Under the pieces are notes generated by a model. That model saw nothing but the letters and a program-made list of their open reading frames with translations, was not told where the DNA came from and did not search any database. A program made the position numbers and the translations under genes. A stretch of DNA of 64,000 nucleotides. It comes from an uncultured delta proteobacterium. Lineage in GTDB: Bacteria > Myxococcota_A > Polyangia > Polyangiales > Polyangiaceae. Location of the stretch: NCBI GenBank assembly GCA_963696385.1, contig CAVOKF010000007.1:352001-416000 (forward strand). Reading direction: 5' to 3'. This document shows, one piece after another, positions 9,201 through 17,706 of the stretch (the stretch's first letter is position 1; each line of letters begins with the position of its first letter).

Positions 9201-11825
9201 CAGCAGCGCGAGTTTCGTCGTCGGATCTTGCTCGTGGCGCAGCTTCACCTCAATCGCGTTGGCGAGCGCCCGCGGGTTGTTCGCGGCCGCATAAATCGGG
9301 ATGAGCGCCTGCGCGGCGCGCAGGTTGTCCGCGTCGAGGTCGAGAACCTTCTCGTAGGATTTCGCGGCCCGGTCGAGCTTCTGCTTCTTGTCCGCCCAGA
9401 GCTCCGCGATCTTGAAAAGGAGCGAGACCTTGGCCCGAGGATCGGCTTCCTTCGTTTCTTGCTGCTCGAGGACTCGGATGAACTCGTCCCATTTCCCGGT
9501 GTCGGCGTAGAACACCTCGAGATCGTCCCAGCGCCCGAGCGTGAGGTACTTCTTCTTGAGCGCGTCTTGAGCGCGTCGGTCGTTCGGGTCGAGCGCGAGC
9601 AGGGCGCGCCACGCGCCGACGGCGCCGTCGTCGTCGTTCAGGCGCTCGCCATAAATCGTTCCGAGCTTGGTCAGCACTTGAATCTTCGCGGGGGCGTCGA
9701 GAGTGACCTCGGCCTGCCGTTGCAGGACCGCGGCGAGCTTCTCGAAATCCTTTGCACGTTCGTAGAGGCCGGCGAGGGCGCCGAGCGCTTCGGCGTTCGC
9801 CTCGTCGCTCGCCAAGACCTCTTGCCAGAGGTCGATGCACACGTCGGGCTTCTTCACGCGCTCGGTCGCGAGCCTGGCGATCTCGAGGAATTTGGCGGCG
9901 CGGTTCGGCCCCGCAGGCAATCGCTCCGCTTCGCGCCGCTGCAGACCGAGGAGCTTTTCCCAGTCCCGACGCTTTTCGTACATTTGGCGCAGGTATTCCA
10001 CCGCCTGCGCGTTGTCGGGATCGATCGCGAGCACGGCCTCGTACGCTTTCACCGCCTCGGCCTGGTTTGCAAACTTGGAGACGTAGAGATCGGCCGCCTT
10101 CGCGTACAGGGCGACTTTGTCTCGACGATCGGGGACGAGCAGAGCGAGCTGCAGGAGCGTCTTGACGTACTCGCTGTAGCGCTTGGACGATTCTTGCTTT
10201 TCGGCGAGCTTCTGCAGCTCCGCAATCTTGGCGAGATCGACCGAGGGCACCGACGGGGTGATTGGTTCGCCGGCCGGTTCAAGCGGCGACGGCACCTCGC
10301 GAGCAGGCCGCGATTCGGCGGGTTCGTCATCCAACGAACGCGCATCCCCCGGCGGCGCGAACCCGGTCGAGACAGGCTCGGCGACCGCTGCGCCGGGCCG
10401 ACGCGCCTCTGCGATCGCCCGACCCGGCCGCGACTCCTCTTGAGCGACCGCCCGACCCGGCCGCGACTCCTCTTGGACCTCCGCGGGGGAGACCGCCTGG
10501 GCGACTGCCCGAGCCGGCCGCGTTTCCTCTTGAGCGACTGCCCGAGCCGGCCGGGACTCCTCTTGGAAGGCCGGTGCACGCGACCCCTCGGCCTCGTTTG
10601 CGATCACGGTCGGAGAGCGGGGCGTCTTGTCGGCGCTGGAGAGCGGAGCCGGCGCCACGGCCGATCGGTCCGTGTCGTCGCGTTCGGCGGATCGAGGAGC
10701 GACCGCGGGCTTCAACGTTTCGCCGATCTGCGCTTCGAACGCGCGCAACTGCGGATGCTCGGGCGAGACGGCGCTCAGGCGCTCGAACGAAAGACGCGCC
10801 CGGATCAGGTTTCCGAGCTGGCGCCACGCGATCGTGCCCGCCTGGGCGAGCAGAAACGTCGCATGTCCGTCTTCGGCGCGCGTCGCCGTTTCTTCGGCGA
10901 GCGTGAGGACCCGATCCCAATCGCCGTCCTTCTTTCCGTAGGCCTCCCTCAGAAAGAAAAACGCGCCCTCGCTGTCCGGAGCGAGCTTGAGCGCCTCCTC
11001 GAGGAATCGCGGGCCAACAACGGCGTTCTGATGACGGACCGCCCAGCGCGTTCCGAAGAGCAACGCCAACCGCCCGCGCTGTCCGCGGTCCTCGGTCTGG
11101 CGCAAGATCTGCTGCTGAGCCTGCTCCAGCACGTCCAACCGACCGCGATCCGAAAGCAGCGACTCGTAGAGAAGCGATATTTCCTTGTTCGTGGGGTCGG
11201 CCAGGTACGCGCGCGCCAGGACGTCCTCGGCCTCGGCGGGCGCAAACCGTCGTGTGATGCGGGCTGCGCGGAGCAACAGGCGCCCCTTCGTCGCGGGATC
11301 GATCGCGGCACTCGCGCTGCCGAGCAGCAGGGAAACCCGCGCCTGCCACGTGTTCGGTCGCAGCTGAAGGTCTTCGAGACAGGCGCTCGCTTCGGCGTTG
11401 TTGCCGTCGCTCAGCGCGAGGGCCCGCGCATAGGTCGCGGTCGCCTTGTCGAAGTCGCCTTGATCGCAGATGACGTCGCCCAACTCCACCAACAAGGCGC
11501 TCGCGCGCGCGCCGTCGACCTTGGCCTTGAGCTCCAGCTCGAGGAGCTTCTGGACCATGTTCAGCTTGCCGAGATCCCAGTACACTTGTCGGGCGGCATC
11601 GAGACTGTCGAGCAGCAACGGATTGAGCTTGTAGGCATCCTGGAAATGCTTCAGCGCCCGAACGCCGGAAAGAAACTTCGTCTCGAGGACTCGACCGAGC
11701 TTGAGATGGAACTGGGCCTTGACGGCACTTGCCGCCTGCGAGGCGATCCCCTTTTCAAGCTCGTCGACGAGGCTCTGCCAGTCGCGGACGTCTTCCAGGT
11801 ATGAAATACGCTCCTCTAAATCCAT
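216..11825 (-). CDS. gltI: Giant TPR-repeat protein, adventurous gliding motility GltI/AgmK-like (~3870 aa)
   Basis: Uninterrupted ORF with dozens of TPR-like repeats (e.g. AI..Y..VL.LDP.D..AL.AL); size and position downstream of gltD-G match M. xanthus AgmK/GltI; ATG at 11825 after GAGG. Confidence 0.8.
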   Translation of the reverse strand: MDLEERISYLEDVRDWQSLVDELEKGIASQAASAVKAQFHLKLGRVLETKFLSGVRALKHFQDAYKLNPLLLDSLDAARQVYWDLGKLNMVQKLLELELKAKVDGARASALLVELGDVICDQGDFDKATATYARALALSDGNNAEASACLEDLQLRPNTWQARVSLLLGSASAAIDPATKGRLLLRAARITRRFAPAEAEDVLARAYLADPTNKEISLLYESLLSDRGRLDVLEQAQQQILRQTEDRGQRGRLALLFGTRWAVRHQNAVVGPRFLEEALKLAPDSEGAFFFLREAYGKKDGDWDRVLTLAEETATRAEDGHATFLLAQAGTIAWRQLGNLIRARLSFERLSAVSPEHPQLRAFEAQIGETLKPAVAPRSAERDDTDRSAVAPAPLSSADKTPRSPTVIANEAEGSRAPAFQEESRPARAVAQEETRPARAVAQAVSPAEVQEESRPGRAVAQEESRPGRAIAEARRPGAAVAEPVSTGFAPPGDARSLDDEPAESRPAREVPSPLEPAGEPITPSVPSVDLAKIAELQKLAEKQESSKRYSEYVKTLLQLALLVPDRRDKVALYAKAADLYVSKFANQAEAVKAYEAVLAIDPDNAQAVEYLRQMYEKRRDWEKLLGLQRREAERLPAGPNRAAKFLEIARLATERVKKPDVCIDLWQEVLASDEANAEALGALAGLYERAKDFEKLAAVLQRQAEVTLDAPAKIQVLTKLGTIYGERLNDDDGAVGAWRALLALDPNDRRAQDALKKKYLTLGRWDDLEVFYADTGKWDEFIRVLEQQETKEADPRAKVSLLFKIAELWADKKQKLDRAAKSYEKVLDLDADNLRAAQALIPIYAAANNPRALANAIEVKLRHEQDPTTKLALLREVAALYEGKIKDPQRAFHRYLAAFEIFPGDDQTSDDVERVAKAIGQWDPVVSSYRKAIASADEGGDPIGAVMLRLRLGRVLVDDVNQIGEALDVYRAVYEAQGENAEAIAALERLYRQTSRFAELLGIFEKRRDLSTTPEEKKAIHYEIAKLYEEEIQDVDKAIDTYVQVLEDEPADAQALASLDVLYGRLGRWEPYVEVLRRRIDLDLVEAELVDLKFRLGQTLEKHLADPLGALENYREILFVDAGHEGARVALEQMLAGPLRTEAASILESIYEERQDWPKLIQVLEILGAGETQVDRRVALKRKAARIGAERTNDSEHAFVVLASALRDDPALAETRDEIESIAAASGAERQLVALYTELAQSLEDAALARDYWLRIAGIQDRLGDVDRAAKAYGRVLLLDPADAEALAFLEQLFTRTRRWKDLIGVVERRIEQTTDAKEREALYGTMAGIYEERLERPEDAVSAYRKVLELDPTSDRALRALDALFTRQAMWSDLAENLDAQLALAATDEEQLSLMMRLADLREAKMGLVDVAIEGYRAVLERAPTNERALAALERLGSDPKYELTIADLLEPLYRHTGDWQKLIGTHEVQVRRSEDPTRRVELLHQIAQLYEDAAGDLGSAFATLARALREDPSHDATQQQLDRLARATGRFGDVARVFEDLAEQIGEPMLASALTMKAAGIHESDLGNIDTAIALYRKVLEIDPLSLPAAEALERLFRSTERYQELSVILQRKSEILEEPADKKDALFQAAAIEEDVLNRPESAIAVYSRVLEIDSDDLRAVDALIGRYLDLSRWSDLLIVYARKADLVADVDEKKGIYYQVGAVYERELGNVPKAIDTYTKILELDPDDLQALSRLDVLYEQAGNWQELLSVLTHESEMTADPNEAVSFQYRIAELYEKHLEDVARAVELYRDLLVRQPDHEPTLAALEGLKEGARDPLGAAAVLEPIYETTSDWPKLIRVLEVQIRHATDPFQKVDLLHRVARLHEDALGDHAAAFETYARALAVEDGNEATLGNLERLAIVVHRWPQVARLYDAELDRLARAERTDRFVELGLRNAQIFEVQLDDADGAIARYRRVADVDPENLTAIKALDRLFLQSERWADLAAVLVREAEIGQSADEVLEVEYRLGRVLQTKLGDVEGALVAYREVIGASPDHQATVEALEGLFAEGVRQADVGEILEPLYRATGEWEKLSRVHEAQLASTVGQKDRIAAYYRLAELFEDKLLDPAKTLEVTIRLLKEVPLDEKAGEETQRLAARVDGGWETLANAYADILAVHSEPDVQRSIGRRLARTFEDELGDVGKAEETYKYVLGVDPADADALANLDRIYVSIEGWKDLAQILEMRVQATTDNLELVELYARLGELYEQRLGDVPSAIRAYRHIFDGLDRAHDGAIAALARIYEQQGAWQELDAVYRGELENAVGGSGEADIRAKIGRLAAERLGQPERAIESWKVVLDLRGEDPEALHALSDLYESLAQWAKLVDVLEREFDIASSDEARVAVLTRRARTLSDKLGRDDSARQDWVRVLDIDYSNLEALRSIANICRRQGDANELVGALHQLVDRAAGSLDGEELKEAFRELGKTYGDSLQQPYDAADAWRKLLDVGPDFEAMDSLEAIYRREERWTDVIDVKMRRADALGEPSEQIDELRKVAALWREQVGDADGARVAYEKILVIDPRHDDAFAELEKLHSSAGRWEPLVELYLGRLETQQETGAKTQLLRKIARVFEEKLDDKNQALEALVNALSLDFHDRETARYLERMAQATGRWSEIIQTVNGWLKQQTEPQDKIRLCLHLAKWYGDDLGHPEYAQPYYAQIIQLDPQNVGATRQLASLYKKAGNWQQMGATLTRALDVASNDLDRKEILTDLGEVLDAHMQQTEQAVTYFQRALEVDPQFLPALENLERIYGARSQNRELVDVLQRKVLALKEPEEIAATKLRIAQIFESSLNDAARAAQVYREVVDIAPGHLQALRGLARVYQALERWADLVGVLEKQLDVVTTERERIDVLMNLATLHEEHFLKADLAAQRLEQALEVDSSNEAAYFKLERAYRRLRQWKELVDTYERHIGATQERKTKIELFGAIAQVYADEIEDAERAIDAYKNIVALDEQNIAALESLAKLYDKTGDAAQSIDCMTRVAELTQDTKQRVEAFYRIGKALDDKLGDRVLAQERFETALDLDSAHLPTLAALRQIAIDSADFDKAARYLAQEQGFTQSPRQRARLLVDLGRLREEMLSDHPGAVLAWESAYEADSENEDAAMPLVDEYIAGEQWGKAEPLLELLVRKSGKRERSEQHALQNKLGRVCAALGKDDKALKAFTAAHQLDLTNQVTIRGLAEVSFKLKDWTAALANYQKVLTALGEGESAARADVYYRLGCIKGEQGQARQAINNFEKALSVDPAHRPTLEGLVSLYAEAKDWKQVVAYKRQILDNVYDVEDRFRMLNEIADVWSDQDKSASRAIEALEEARELQPFNPGLLHKLIALYQSTENWSKMIDTISAIADNEKDAIRKSKFLYTMAQLYRDKEGDQDKAVELFGEALDLNPQYLEAFERINKILTAKKDWKALERAFRKMLRRMSAGNVSNPDLEFALWHNLGLIYRDRLRDTASGIEAFKMATRVKPDEAVERQILAELYEATDQIEAAIGEHSLVLQNEPLRVEPYRSLYKLYLRMHEYDRAWCMCAALAFLHKADEEEQRFFEDYRPRGMIQVKSRLDNEAWVRFLFHKDENLYIGKIFEMLTPAAIIAKTNQLKAQKQLPVLDRRFRQDPTTSTVTFAKTFGWAGQVLGIATPELYVRNDVPGALLAVVSTPPASVAGQTVLTGFTPQELTFIVGKHLSNYRGEHYIKNLFPTLNELKVILFAGVKIVIPDFAVPGEMAQAVNATAAELVKHMQPVQRESLRLVVQKWIEDGAKADLRRWMQAIEITACRAGLLLCADLEIAKKIIAAEPQLPGDLPPADKMKELLVFSVSEQYFSLRKTLGIAVG

Positions 11826-12218
11826 CAACCGCCTCGGTTAGTTCGATCGATCCATGAAGGCTCATCGTCCCCGCACCCTCGAATCGCACGCGCCAGGCTC
11901 GAGCGCCGCGGCAGCCTGGTTTGCGAGGTGCTGATCGCGCAAGGGAAACGGTACCAGAGCGCGGCTCGAAGTGGGCCACATCCTGTGAACGAGCCGCCCC
12001 GGGTGGGCTCCATCGTGGCGGAGACTATACAGCCGCCGCGCCATCCGACCGCCGGTGATTTTTCGAGCACCCTGGCGAACAGGACGCCGGCCGGAGCAAA
12101 TGTCGGTGTGCCCCGCAGCCCTTGTGCCCGGCACGGGCACGATCGGCCCGGCCACAGCTGAGCCGCGGCGCGGACGGCGTCGGCGTTGCCGTCCAGCCGG
12201 AGCCTTCGCCGCCGCCGA

Positions 12219-13145
12219 CTACTGGAGCGAGCCGCCCATGCGGCGAACGATCTCTTGCGACTGAGCGCATTCGTCGCCGTACTTCACGGCGAGAGCCCCC
12301 TTGCACGTGATCTTCCAGAAGGACTGAAGTTGCTGGATGGCCTCGTTTTTTTTCGGCGGATTGAGCTCCGCATAGGCCGTCCCGAGGTTGAAGTACGCTT
12401 CCTTGTGATCGTTGCACTTGTTGCTGTTGCACGCTTTTTTGGCGTCCTCGTACTCGGCGACCGCCCGGGAGAAATCGCCCTTGGTCTCGTACACGTCGCC
12501 GAGAAGCGCATGCAGATTGAATAGGTGCTTGTCGTCGGCGGTGGCGTAGGAAATCCCCTCCTTGAGGACCTTCTCAGCCTGGTCGTAGAACATGAGGCGG
12601 CGGTATTCGTCGGCCAACGACACGTAGTACTGGGTCTCGTCCGGCTTCGCCTGGATCGCTTTGGTCCAGTTTTGGATCGCGCCGGACTCGTCGTCCGTGT
12701 GGATGAGCGTCCAGGCGAGTTCGCCGTACGCCTGGCTGTAGTTGGGATCGAGCTGGATCGCGGTCTGGAACGGAGCCTTCGGATCGGCCCAGCTGCCGCT
12801 TCCCTTTTCCGCGAGTTGCTCGAGCGCATAGCCCTGACGAAAATAGTAATCGGCGTGCACTTTCTTTTTTTCCGCGCGCTCCGAGGCTTCCTCCGCCTGA
12901 ACGCTGGCGCTCGCCATCTTCTGCCAGTCTTCCTTTTTCTCGTACGCGAGGACGAGTTTCCACCAAATGCGAGCGTTGTCGGGATCCAATTTGGTCGCCT
13001 GCTCGTATTTGGAGATCGCCTCTTCGACGTTCGAATTCTTCGCCTGATCTCCCTCGTTGGCGAGATTCACGGCCTCGATGTTGTTTCGATTGCAGCCGGC
13101 GGCGACGACGGCAACGGCGACGACGAGGGAGAACTTGGGGCTCAT
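12219..13145 (-). CDS. TPR-repeat lipoprotein within the glt operon
   Basis: MSPKFSLVVAVAVVAAGC lipobox followed by several TPR motifs (YEQATKLDPDNA, FQTAIQLDPNYS). Confidence 0.85.
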   Translation of the reverse strand: MSPKFSLVVAVAVVAAGCNRNNIEAVNLANEGDQAKNSNVEEAISKYEQATKLDPDNARIWWKLVLAYEKKEDWQKMASASVQAEEASERAEKKKVHADYYFRQGYALEQLAEKGSGSWADPKAPFQTAIQLDPNYSQAYGELAWTLIHTDDESGAIQNWTKAIQAKPDETQYYVSLADEYRRLMFYDQAEKVLKEGISYATADDKHLFNLHALLGDVYETKGDFSRAVAEYEDAKKACNSNKCNDHKEAYFNLGTAYAELNPPKKNEAIQQLQSFWKITCKGALAVKYGDECAQSQEIVRRMGGSLQ

Positions 13146-13297
13146 GGCGCGACGGAGTCTACGAGAACGCGCGCGCGCGCGTCTACTGCTCCGAGCCACA
13201 AAAGGGGACGCGGCTGGCGTTCGCCTTCCGTCCGCAGCGCGCCCGCCGAGCATTCGGCGCAACCCAGCCCACTGCGCGAGACGCGGACGTCCGAGTG

Positions 13298-15406
13298 TCA
13301 GTCGCCCGGATTGAACATGATCGGGTACACGACCGTGACCATGCCACCCTCGGGCTGCGGGAACGACAGATTGCCGAAGCCGCGCACGACGCATTGCACC
13401 ACGCCTTGATCCGGCAGATCGCTCCCGCCGTCGGCCGTCATGGCCACCGCACCGCTCCGGTCGATGACGAACTTGACGCTTACGCGCCCCTGCAAGTTGG
13501 GGTTATTGCGCATTCCGTTCTCGTAGCAGAGGCGGAATCGACCAAAGTTCTGACGAACGATGCGCTGGATGACTTCGGGGGGAAGACGACCGTTCACCTG
13601 CGTCGCGCCTTCCCGGATGCGCGGAGCCTTGACCTGGTGACCCCCGCCCAGCCGACCCCGCCCGTTGCCGATGCCCTGGCCGGTTCCGGTGCCCGCTCCG
13701 TGTCCGAGTCCGCCGAAGTTGCCGAGACCGATGCCTTCTCCCCGGCCGCCACCGCCCTCGCCCACACCCGACAGACCCAGACCGCCGGCCCCGAACGAGT
13801 CGCCAATCGTGTCGCCGAACATGTTGCCGCGGGCGCTCTTTTCGTCCTGACCCGCCGATTCCTCGCGGCCCCACGGGGCCGTCGGAGCGTTCGGGTCGCC
13901 CCCACCCATCGTCGAGATCAAGCCGATCATCCCGAACTGAGCGGCCTCTTGAAGGGCGGCTTGTTTCGCGAGGTGCGGATCGGGATTGTCCTTGGGGCCC
14001 TGGACTCCGTACTTGTGGCCGGTATCGCGCGTATTCGGGTTGCCCATCGACCCTTCTTCGCCCTTGGCCCGGGTGCCCGTCCCCCCCTCTTTCTGGTCGG
14101 GGGCGGTCTCGGTGACCTCCTGGTCCTGCCGCTCCTCTTGCTCGCGCTCGGCAGCCGCATTCAAGAGCTTCTGCATCATCAGGATCTGGTCGCGATCGAT
14201 GTCCTCGCTGTCGTCGCCCCGCATGCTCGGCATGAAGAACGCGAACACCGCGACAAGCCCCATGTGCAGCAAAAACGACAGACCGGTGTACAGGAAGGCC
14301 GCCGGCTCGGTCGTCGCGAGAAAGCCAACGGGAACGCGCTTGCCGGCGTTGACCGCGCTCACCTGGAACACGAGCGCACTGCCATCGAGCTCCATTCGAG
14401 CCTTCGCCCCCGCAGGCAGCTCGTACTCGTACGCCCCGCTCATTTCGGTCGACGGCCGGGCTCGTCCTGCCGACACGAGATCGGCGAGACTGACCTTGCC
14501 GTGACCCGCAATGTCCACGTATCCGCGCGATCGCGGCAGGATGACGAGGGCAGCCCCGATCCCTCGCGATACCACGATCGGCGCGCGGGTCGTGCCGAGC
14601 GTCTCGCTCGGAATGAAGTAGTCGCAGCCGGCCTTGTCGCCGATCTCTTCTCCGACATAAAACGATCGAGGGGGAGTCAGATGCGAGACGTGCAGGACGT
14701 TCGTGTCCCACAGGATCATCACTTCGATGCTCGAGAGATGAGCGACCTCGACTTCGTCCGGACTGACGTCCGGACCGCTCTTCAGCATCGAATAGGTAAA
14801 GCCCGAGCCGGCGCCATCGAGCGGCGGCTCGATCCCGAGACCCGGAGCCAACGACGGGCTCGCGGCATGGGCTGCAAAGGCAGGCGCGGCGGACGCTGCG
14901 AACGCCGCCTGCGCGGGAGCCTGCGCCGCAGCCGCGGCCGCAAACGGGTTCACCCCTGCCGCAAACGGGTTCGCGCTCGGCGCCGGAGCGGCGAACGGGC
15001 TGGCGCCGGCGAACGGATTCGACACGCCCGCCGCCTGAGCCGGCGGCGCCACGTACCCCGCCGGCGGCTGCTGCAGAGCGGTCGCGAACTCGGCGCCCTC
15101 CAAGACGACGACGGTCGAGCCGATCTGAATCTGATCGCCCGGCCGTACCTTGCACTTGTTGACACGCTGCCCGTTGACGAGCGTTCCGGGCTCGTTGCCG
15201 AGATCGATGAGCGTGATGTCGGTCGGCGATGCCACCTCGATGACGGCGTGCATGCGCGAAGCCAGGTCGTCGTCCACCCGCAAGTGACTGCGCGGATCCT
15301 TGCCGACTTTGACGATGTCTTGCGCAATCGTGTCGCGACGGACGAGCTGATCTCCCTGATACAGCGCGAACGTGAGTGCGACCTTGGCCTTGCCCTGGCT
15401 GTCCAT
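13298..15406 (-). CDS. gltG: GltG/PglI: N-terminal FHA domain, TM helix, Gly-rich linker, AgmX/PglI (TonB-C-like) C-terminal domain
   Basis: FHA motifs (VGKD..SRMHAVI..DLGN..GTLVNG), TM YTGLSFLLHMGLVAVFAFFM, C-terminal CYENG..NPNLQGRVSVKFVI; start could also be 15418. Confidence 0.9.
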   Translation of the reverse strand: MDSQGKAKVALTFALYQGDQLVRRDTIAQDIVKVGKDPRSHLRVDDDLASRMHAVIEVASPTDITLIDLGNEPGTLVNGQRVNKCKVRPGDQIQIGSTVVVLEGAEFATALQQPPAGYVAPPAQAAGVSNPFAGASPFAAPAPSANPFAAGVNPFAAAAAAQAPAQAAFAASAAPAFAAHAASPSLAPGLGIEPPLDGAGSGFTYSMLKSGPDVSPDEVEVAHLSSIEVMILWDTNVLHVSHLTPPRSFYVGEEIGDKAGCDYFIPSETLGTTRAPIVVSRGIGAALVILPRSRGYVDIAGHGKVSLADLVSAGRARPSTEMSGAYEYELPAGAKARMELDGSALVFQVSAVNAGKRVPVGFLATTEPAAFLYTGLSFLLHMGLVAVFAFFMPSMRGDDSEDIDRDQILMMQKLLNAAAEREQEERQDQEVTETAPDQKEGGTGTRAKGEEGSMGNPNTRDTGHKYGVQGPKDNPDPHLAKQAALQEAAQFGMIGLISTMGGGDPNAPTAPWGREESAGQDEKSARGNMFGDTIGDSFGAGGLGLSGVGEGGGGRGEGIGLGNFGGLGHGAGTGTGQGIGNGRGRLGGGHQVKAPRIREGATQVNGRLPPEVIQRIVRQNFGRFRLCYENGMRNNPNLQGRVSVKFVIDRSGAVAMTADGGSDLPDQGVVQCVVRGFGNLSFPQPEGGMVTVVYPIMFNPGD

Positions 15407-15458
15407 CAATAACCCCATCCCGCGCAGCGTCGCGCGGCGTGACACTCGCTCAAGCTAG

Positions 15459-15737
15459 CTAAATGTTCTCGACCGACTTGAGCATTTCGGGCACGAACGA
15501 CGTCCGCGGGCGAATCAACGTCGTCCTCACGGGACCGGGGCGAACGCGAATCGTCGCGTCGGCCGGACCGAAGCCACCGGCGCTCAGCGGATCGTCTTCG
15601 AACTTGTACCCGTAATCGCCCTGCCCGCCAGTGTCCCCTTTGGTATTCGCGACGTCTTGCGCGCGCGATCGCGCCGAAACCGTCAGGAGCGCCGCCGCAA
15701 CGAAGCCGCCCCACAGCCACTTGTTCGTCCGTCTCAT
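15459..15737 (-). CDS. gltF: GltF/CglF small exported gliding protein
   Basis: Signal peptide plus YKFEDD...LIRPRTSFVPEMLKSVENI C-terminus; lies between gltE and gltG. Confidence 0.85.
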   Translation of the reverse strand: MRRTNKWLWGGFVAAALLTVSARSRAQDVANTKGDTGGQGDYGYKFEDDPLSAGGFGPADATIRVRPGPVRTTLIRPRTSFVPEMLKSVENI

Positions 15738-16060
15738 GATCCGCCTCCGAAGATGGATGAAGGTGCCACGCTCCCGTCGAAGCGACCACAGCCGATGCGT
15801 ATTGCGACTACAGTGAAATTATGCACGTAATTACAGTGCCAGTGTAGGCCCCGGAAGACTCGTGGTCAATTCGATTTGCGTCTCGGCGCCTTCGGTCGGA
15901 CGCATCAGAAGGACATCCGAGACGCCGGTTGGGTTCCCGCTTTCCTGTGACGGCTTGCACCGCGATCGCGAGCGGGGCTCGACGCGGGCCATGCCGGAGG
16001 GCGCGTGCAAGAGGCACGTGGACCGAGGCTGACCGACGCATCCAGCAAACAAGCACGTCG

Positions 16061-17671
16061 TCACTTGCTCGGCGCGGCGTGGGGCGCGGGCTTGGTCGTG
16101 GAAGATGCGGCAGCCGGCGGGGCCGCCGAAGACGCGGGCGGCGCTGCGGACGAAGACGCGGGGGGTGCTGCGCTCGGAGCGGCGCCGCTCGTCGCCGGTG
16201 CGGCACCCGTGTCCGCTGCGCCGGCGGGCGGCGTAGGTGCGGGCGTGGCCGCTGGGTTGCTCGGCCCCCCGGCCTGCAAGAACGTGACGGTGTCGTCGAT
16301 GTCTTGCATGCGCTCTTTGCTCTTCTTCACGGCGCCGTCGTATTCGGGCTTGCCCGAGGCCTTTTCGATGAACGTCTGGAAAATCTGCTTGGCCTGCTGG
16401 TAGACCGCGACGGCTTTCTCGGTGCCGCCGGTACCGCCCGCGCTCTTGGCCTTGTACTCCTGGGTGAGGATGCCCTCGTTGAAGTACGCGTCGGGGCGCG
16501 CCCCATCGATCTTTTTGCAGGAGTCGAGCTCAGACTGCACCCCTGCGACCTGCTTGTCGTAGTTGCTGTCGTCGATCTGGCCTCGGAGCGCGAGAGCGAG
16601 CCCGAGATGCGCGTCGTAATCGTTCGGGTGCATTTCGAGCGCCTTGCGGTAGGCGGCTTCCGCCTTGTCGAACCCGCGAAAGCTCAAATTGATCGCCGCC
16701 AGGTTCATCTGCGCTTCGAAGAAGTGCGGGTCGAGCGAGGCCGCCGCCGAAAACTCCTTCACGGCGGTGTTGACGTTGCCGAGCTCGTTCAGAATGAGAC
16801 CCGACGTATTGTGGATCGGCGCGTAGTTTTGGGTTTTGCGCACGGCCTGCGAGCAGACGAGCGCCGCGAGCTCCAGCTGCTGCACGTCGCCCCGCTTGGC
16901 CATGGCCGCATTGGTCGCAATCGTACGGCCGAACCGCTTGCCGCCGGCCGAAGCTTTCTTTTTCGCACTTCCGAAGTAGTAGAGGGCGAGCTGATTGAAT
17001 GCGGGCATGTACCCGTCGTCGATGGCGAGCGCTCGCTGGAGGTTCAGCTTCGCGCACTCGAAGTCGGCGAGGTCGACGTCCTTGCCCGCCGCCTTGGCGT
17101 GGCAGTTGGCGCCGACCTGATCGGTGTCACGCTGCATCTGAAACATCGCGAGGTCCACGAGCGCCGGAACGTTCTGGAAGTTCGCGTCGTTCACCGCCTG
17201 CTCGAGCGCGCTGATGGCCGCGTCCACGTTGCCGTCGCTCTTATACTGGTAGAGTGCGAGCTGCGCGCGCGCGTAATGGAACTTGGGCTCGTCTTCGAGG
17301 GCTCGCTGAAAGTGCGCCTTGGCTTCCTTGTCGTTGCCGCAACGCTGGTACGCCAGACCGGCGTCGTACGTCGCCTCGGGGAACTTGCTCGAAGTCTGGG
17401 CCGACGCCGCTTCTTCGAACAACTTGGCGGATTCGGCACACGAAGCGTCCGTCCAGTCGTTCGCCTTGTCGTGGCCGTTGAAGGCATCGAGCGCGGAACT
17501 GAACCGGTCGCGCGCCGCCACGTCGACTTTGACCGTAACGCCCGGGCTGGCGGCGGCCGCGGTCGTCCCTACGCCGGCCGTCTTGGCCTCGGGAGGCGCG
17601 CCGCCCCCGCAGCCGATGCCCACGGCCGCCGCGAATCCCGCGAGCGCCCACACACACGAGCAATTCTTCAT
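16061..17671 (-). CDS. gltE: GltE/AglT TPR lipoprotein
   Basis: Lipobox (AAAVGIGC), TPR repeats, MNLAAINLSFRGFDKAE motif; synteny; alternative GTG start at 17710 overlapping the gltD stop. Confidence 0.82.
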   Translation of the reverse strand: MKNCSCVWALAGFAAAVGIGCGGGAPPEAKTAGVGTTAAAASPGVTVKVDVAARDRFSSALDAFNGHDKANDWTDASCAESAKLFEEAASAQTSSKFPEATYDAGLAYQRCGNDKEAKAHFQRALEDEPKFHYARAQLALYQYKSDGNVDAAISALEQAVNDANFQNVPALVDLAMFQMQRDTDQVGANCHAKAAGKDVDLADFECAKLNLQRALAIDDGYMPAFNQLALYYFGSAKKKASAGGKRFGRTIATNAAMAKRGDVQQLELAALVCSQAVRKTQNYAPIHNTSGLILNELGNVNTAVKEFSAAASLDPHFFEAQMNLAAINLSFRGFDKAEAAYRKALEMHPNDYDAHLGLALALRGQIDDSNYDKQVAGVQSELDSCKKIDGARPDAYFNEGILTQEYKAKSAGGTGGTEKAVAVYQQAKQIFQTFIEKASGKPEYDGAVKKSKERMQDIDDTVTFLQAGGPSNPAATPAPTPPAGAADTGAAPATSGAAPSAAPPASSSAAPPASSAAPPAAASSTTKPAPHAAPSK

Positions 17672-17706
17672 GGCTTTCACCGCGGTCTGCGGCCCGAGCG
17701 GGCCGG

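Noticed and set aside
4491..11804. 2437-aa + strand ORF and other long antisense ORFs (1389-4406, 13295-15412, 19504-21543)
   Set aside because: Shadow frames of high-GC3 minus-strand genes; no recognisable motifs
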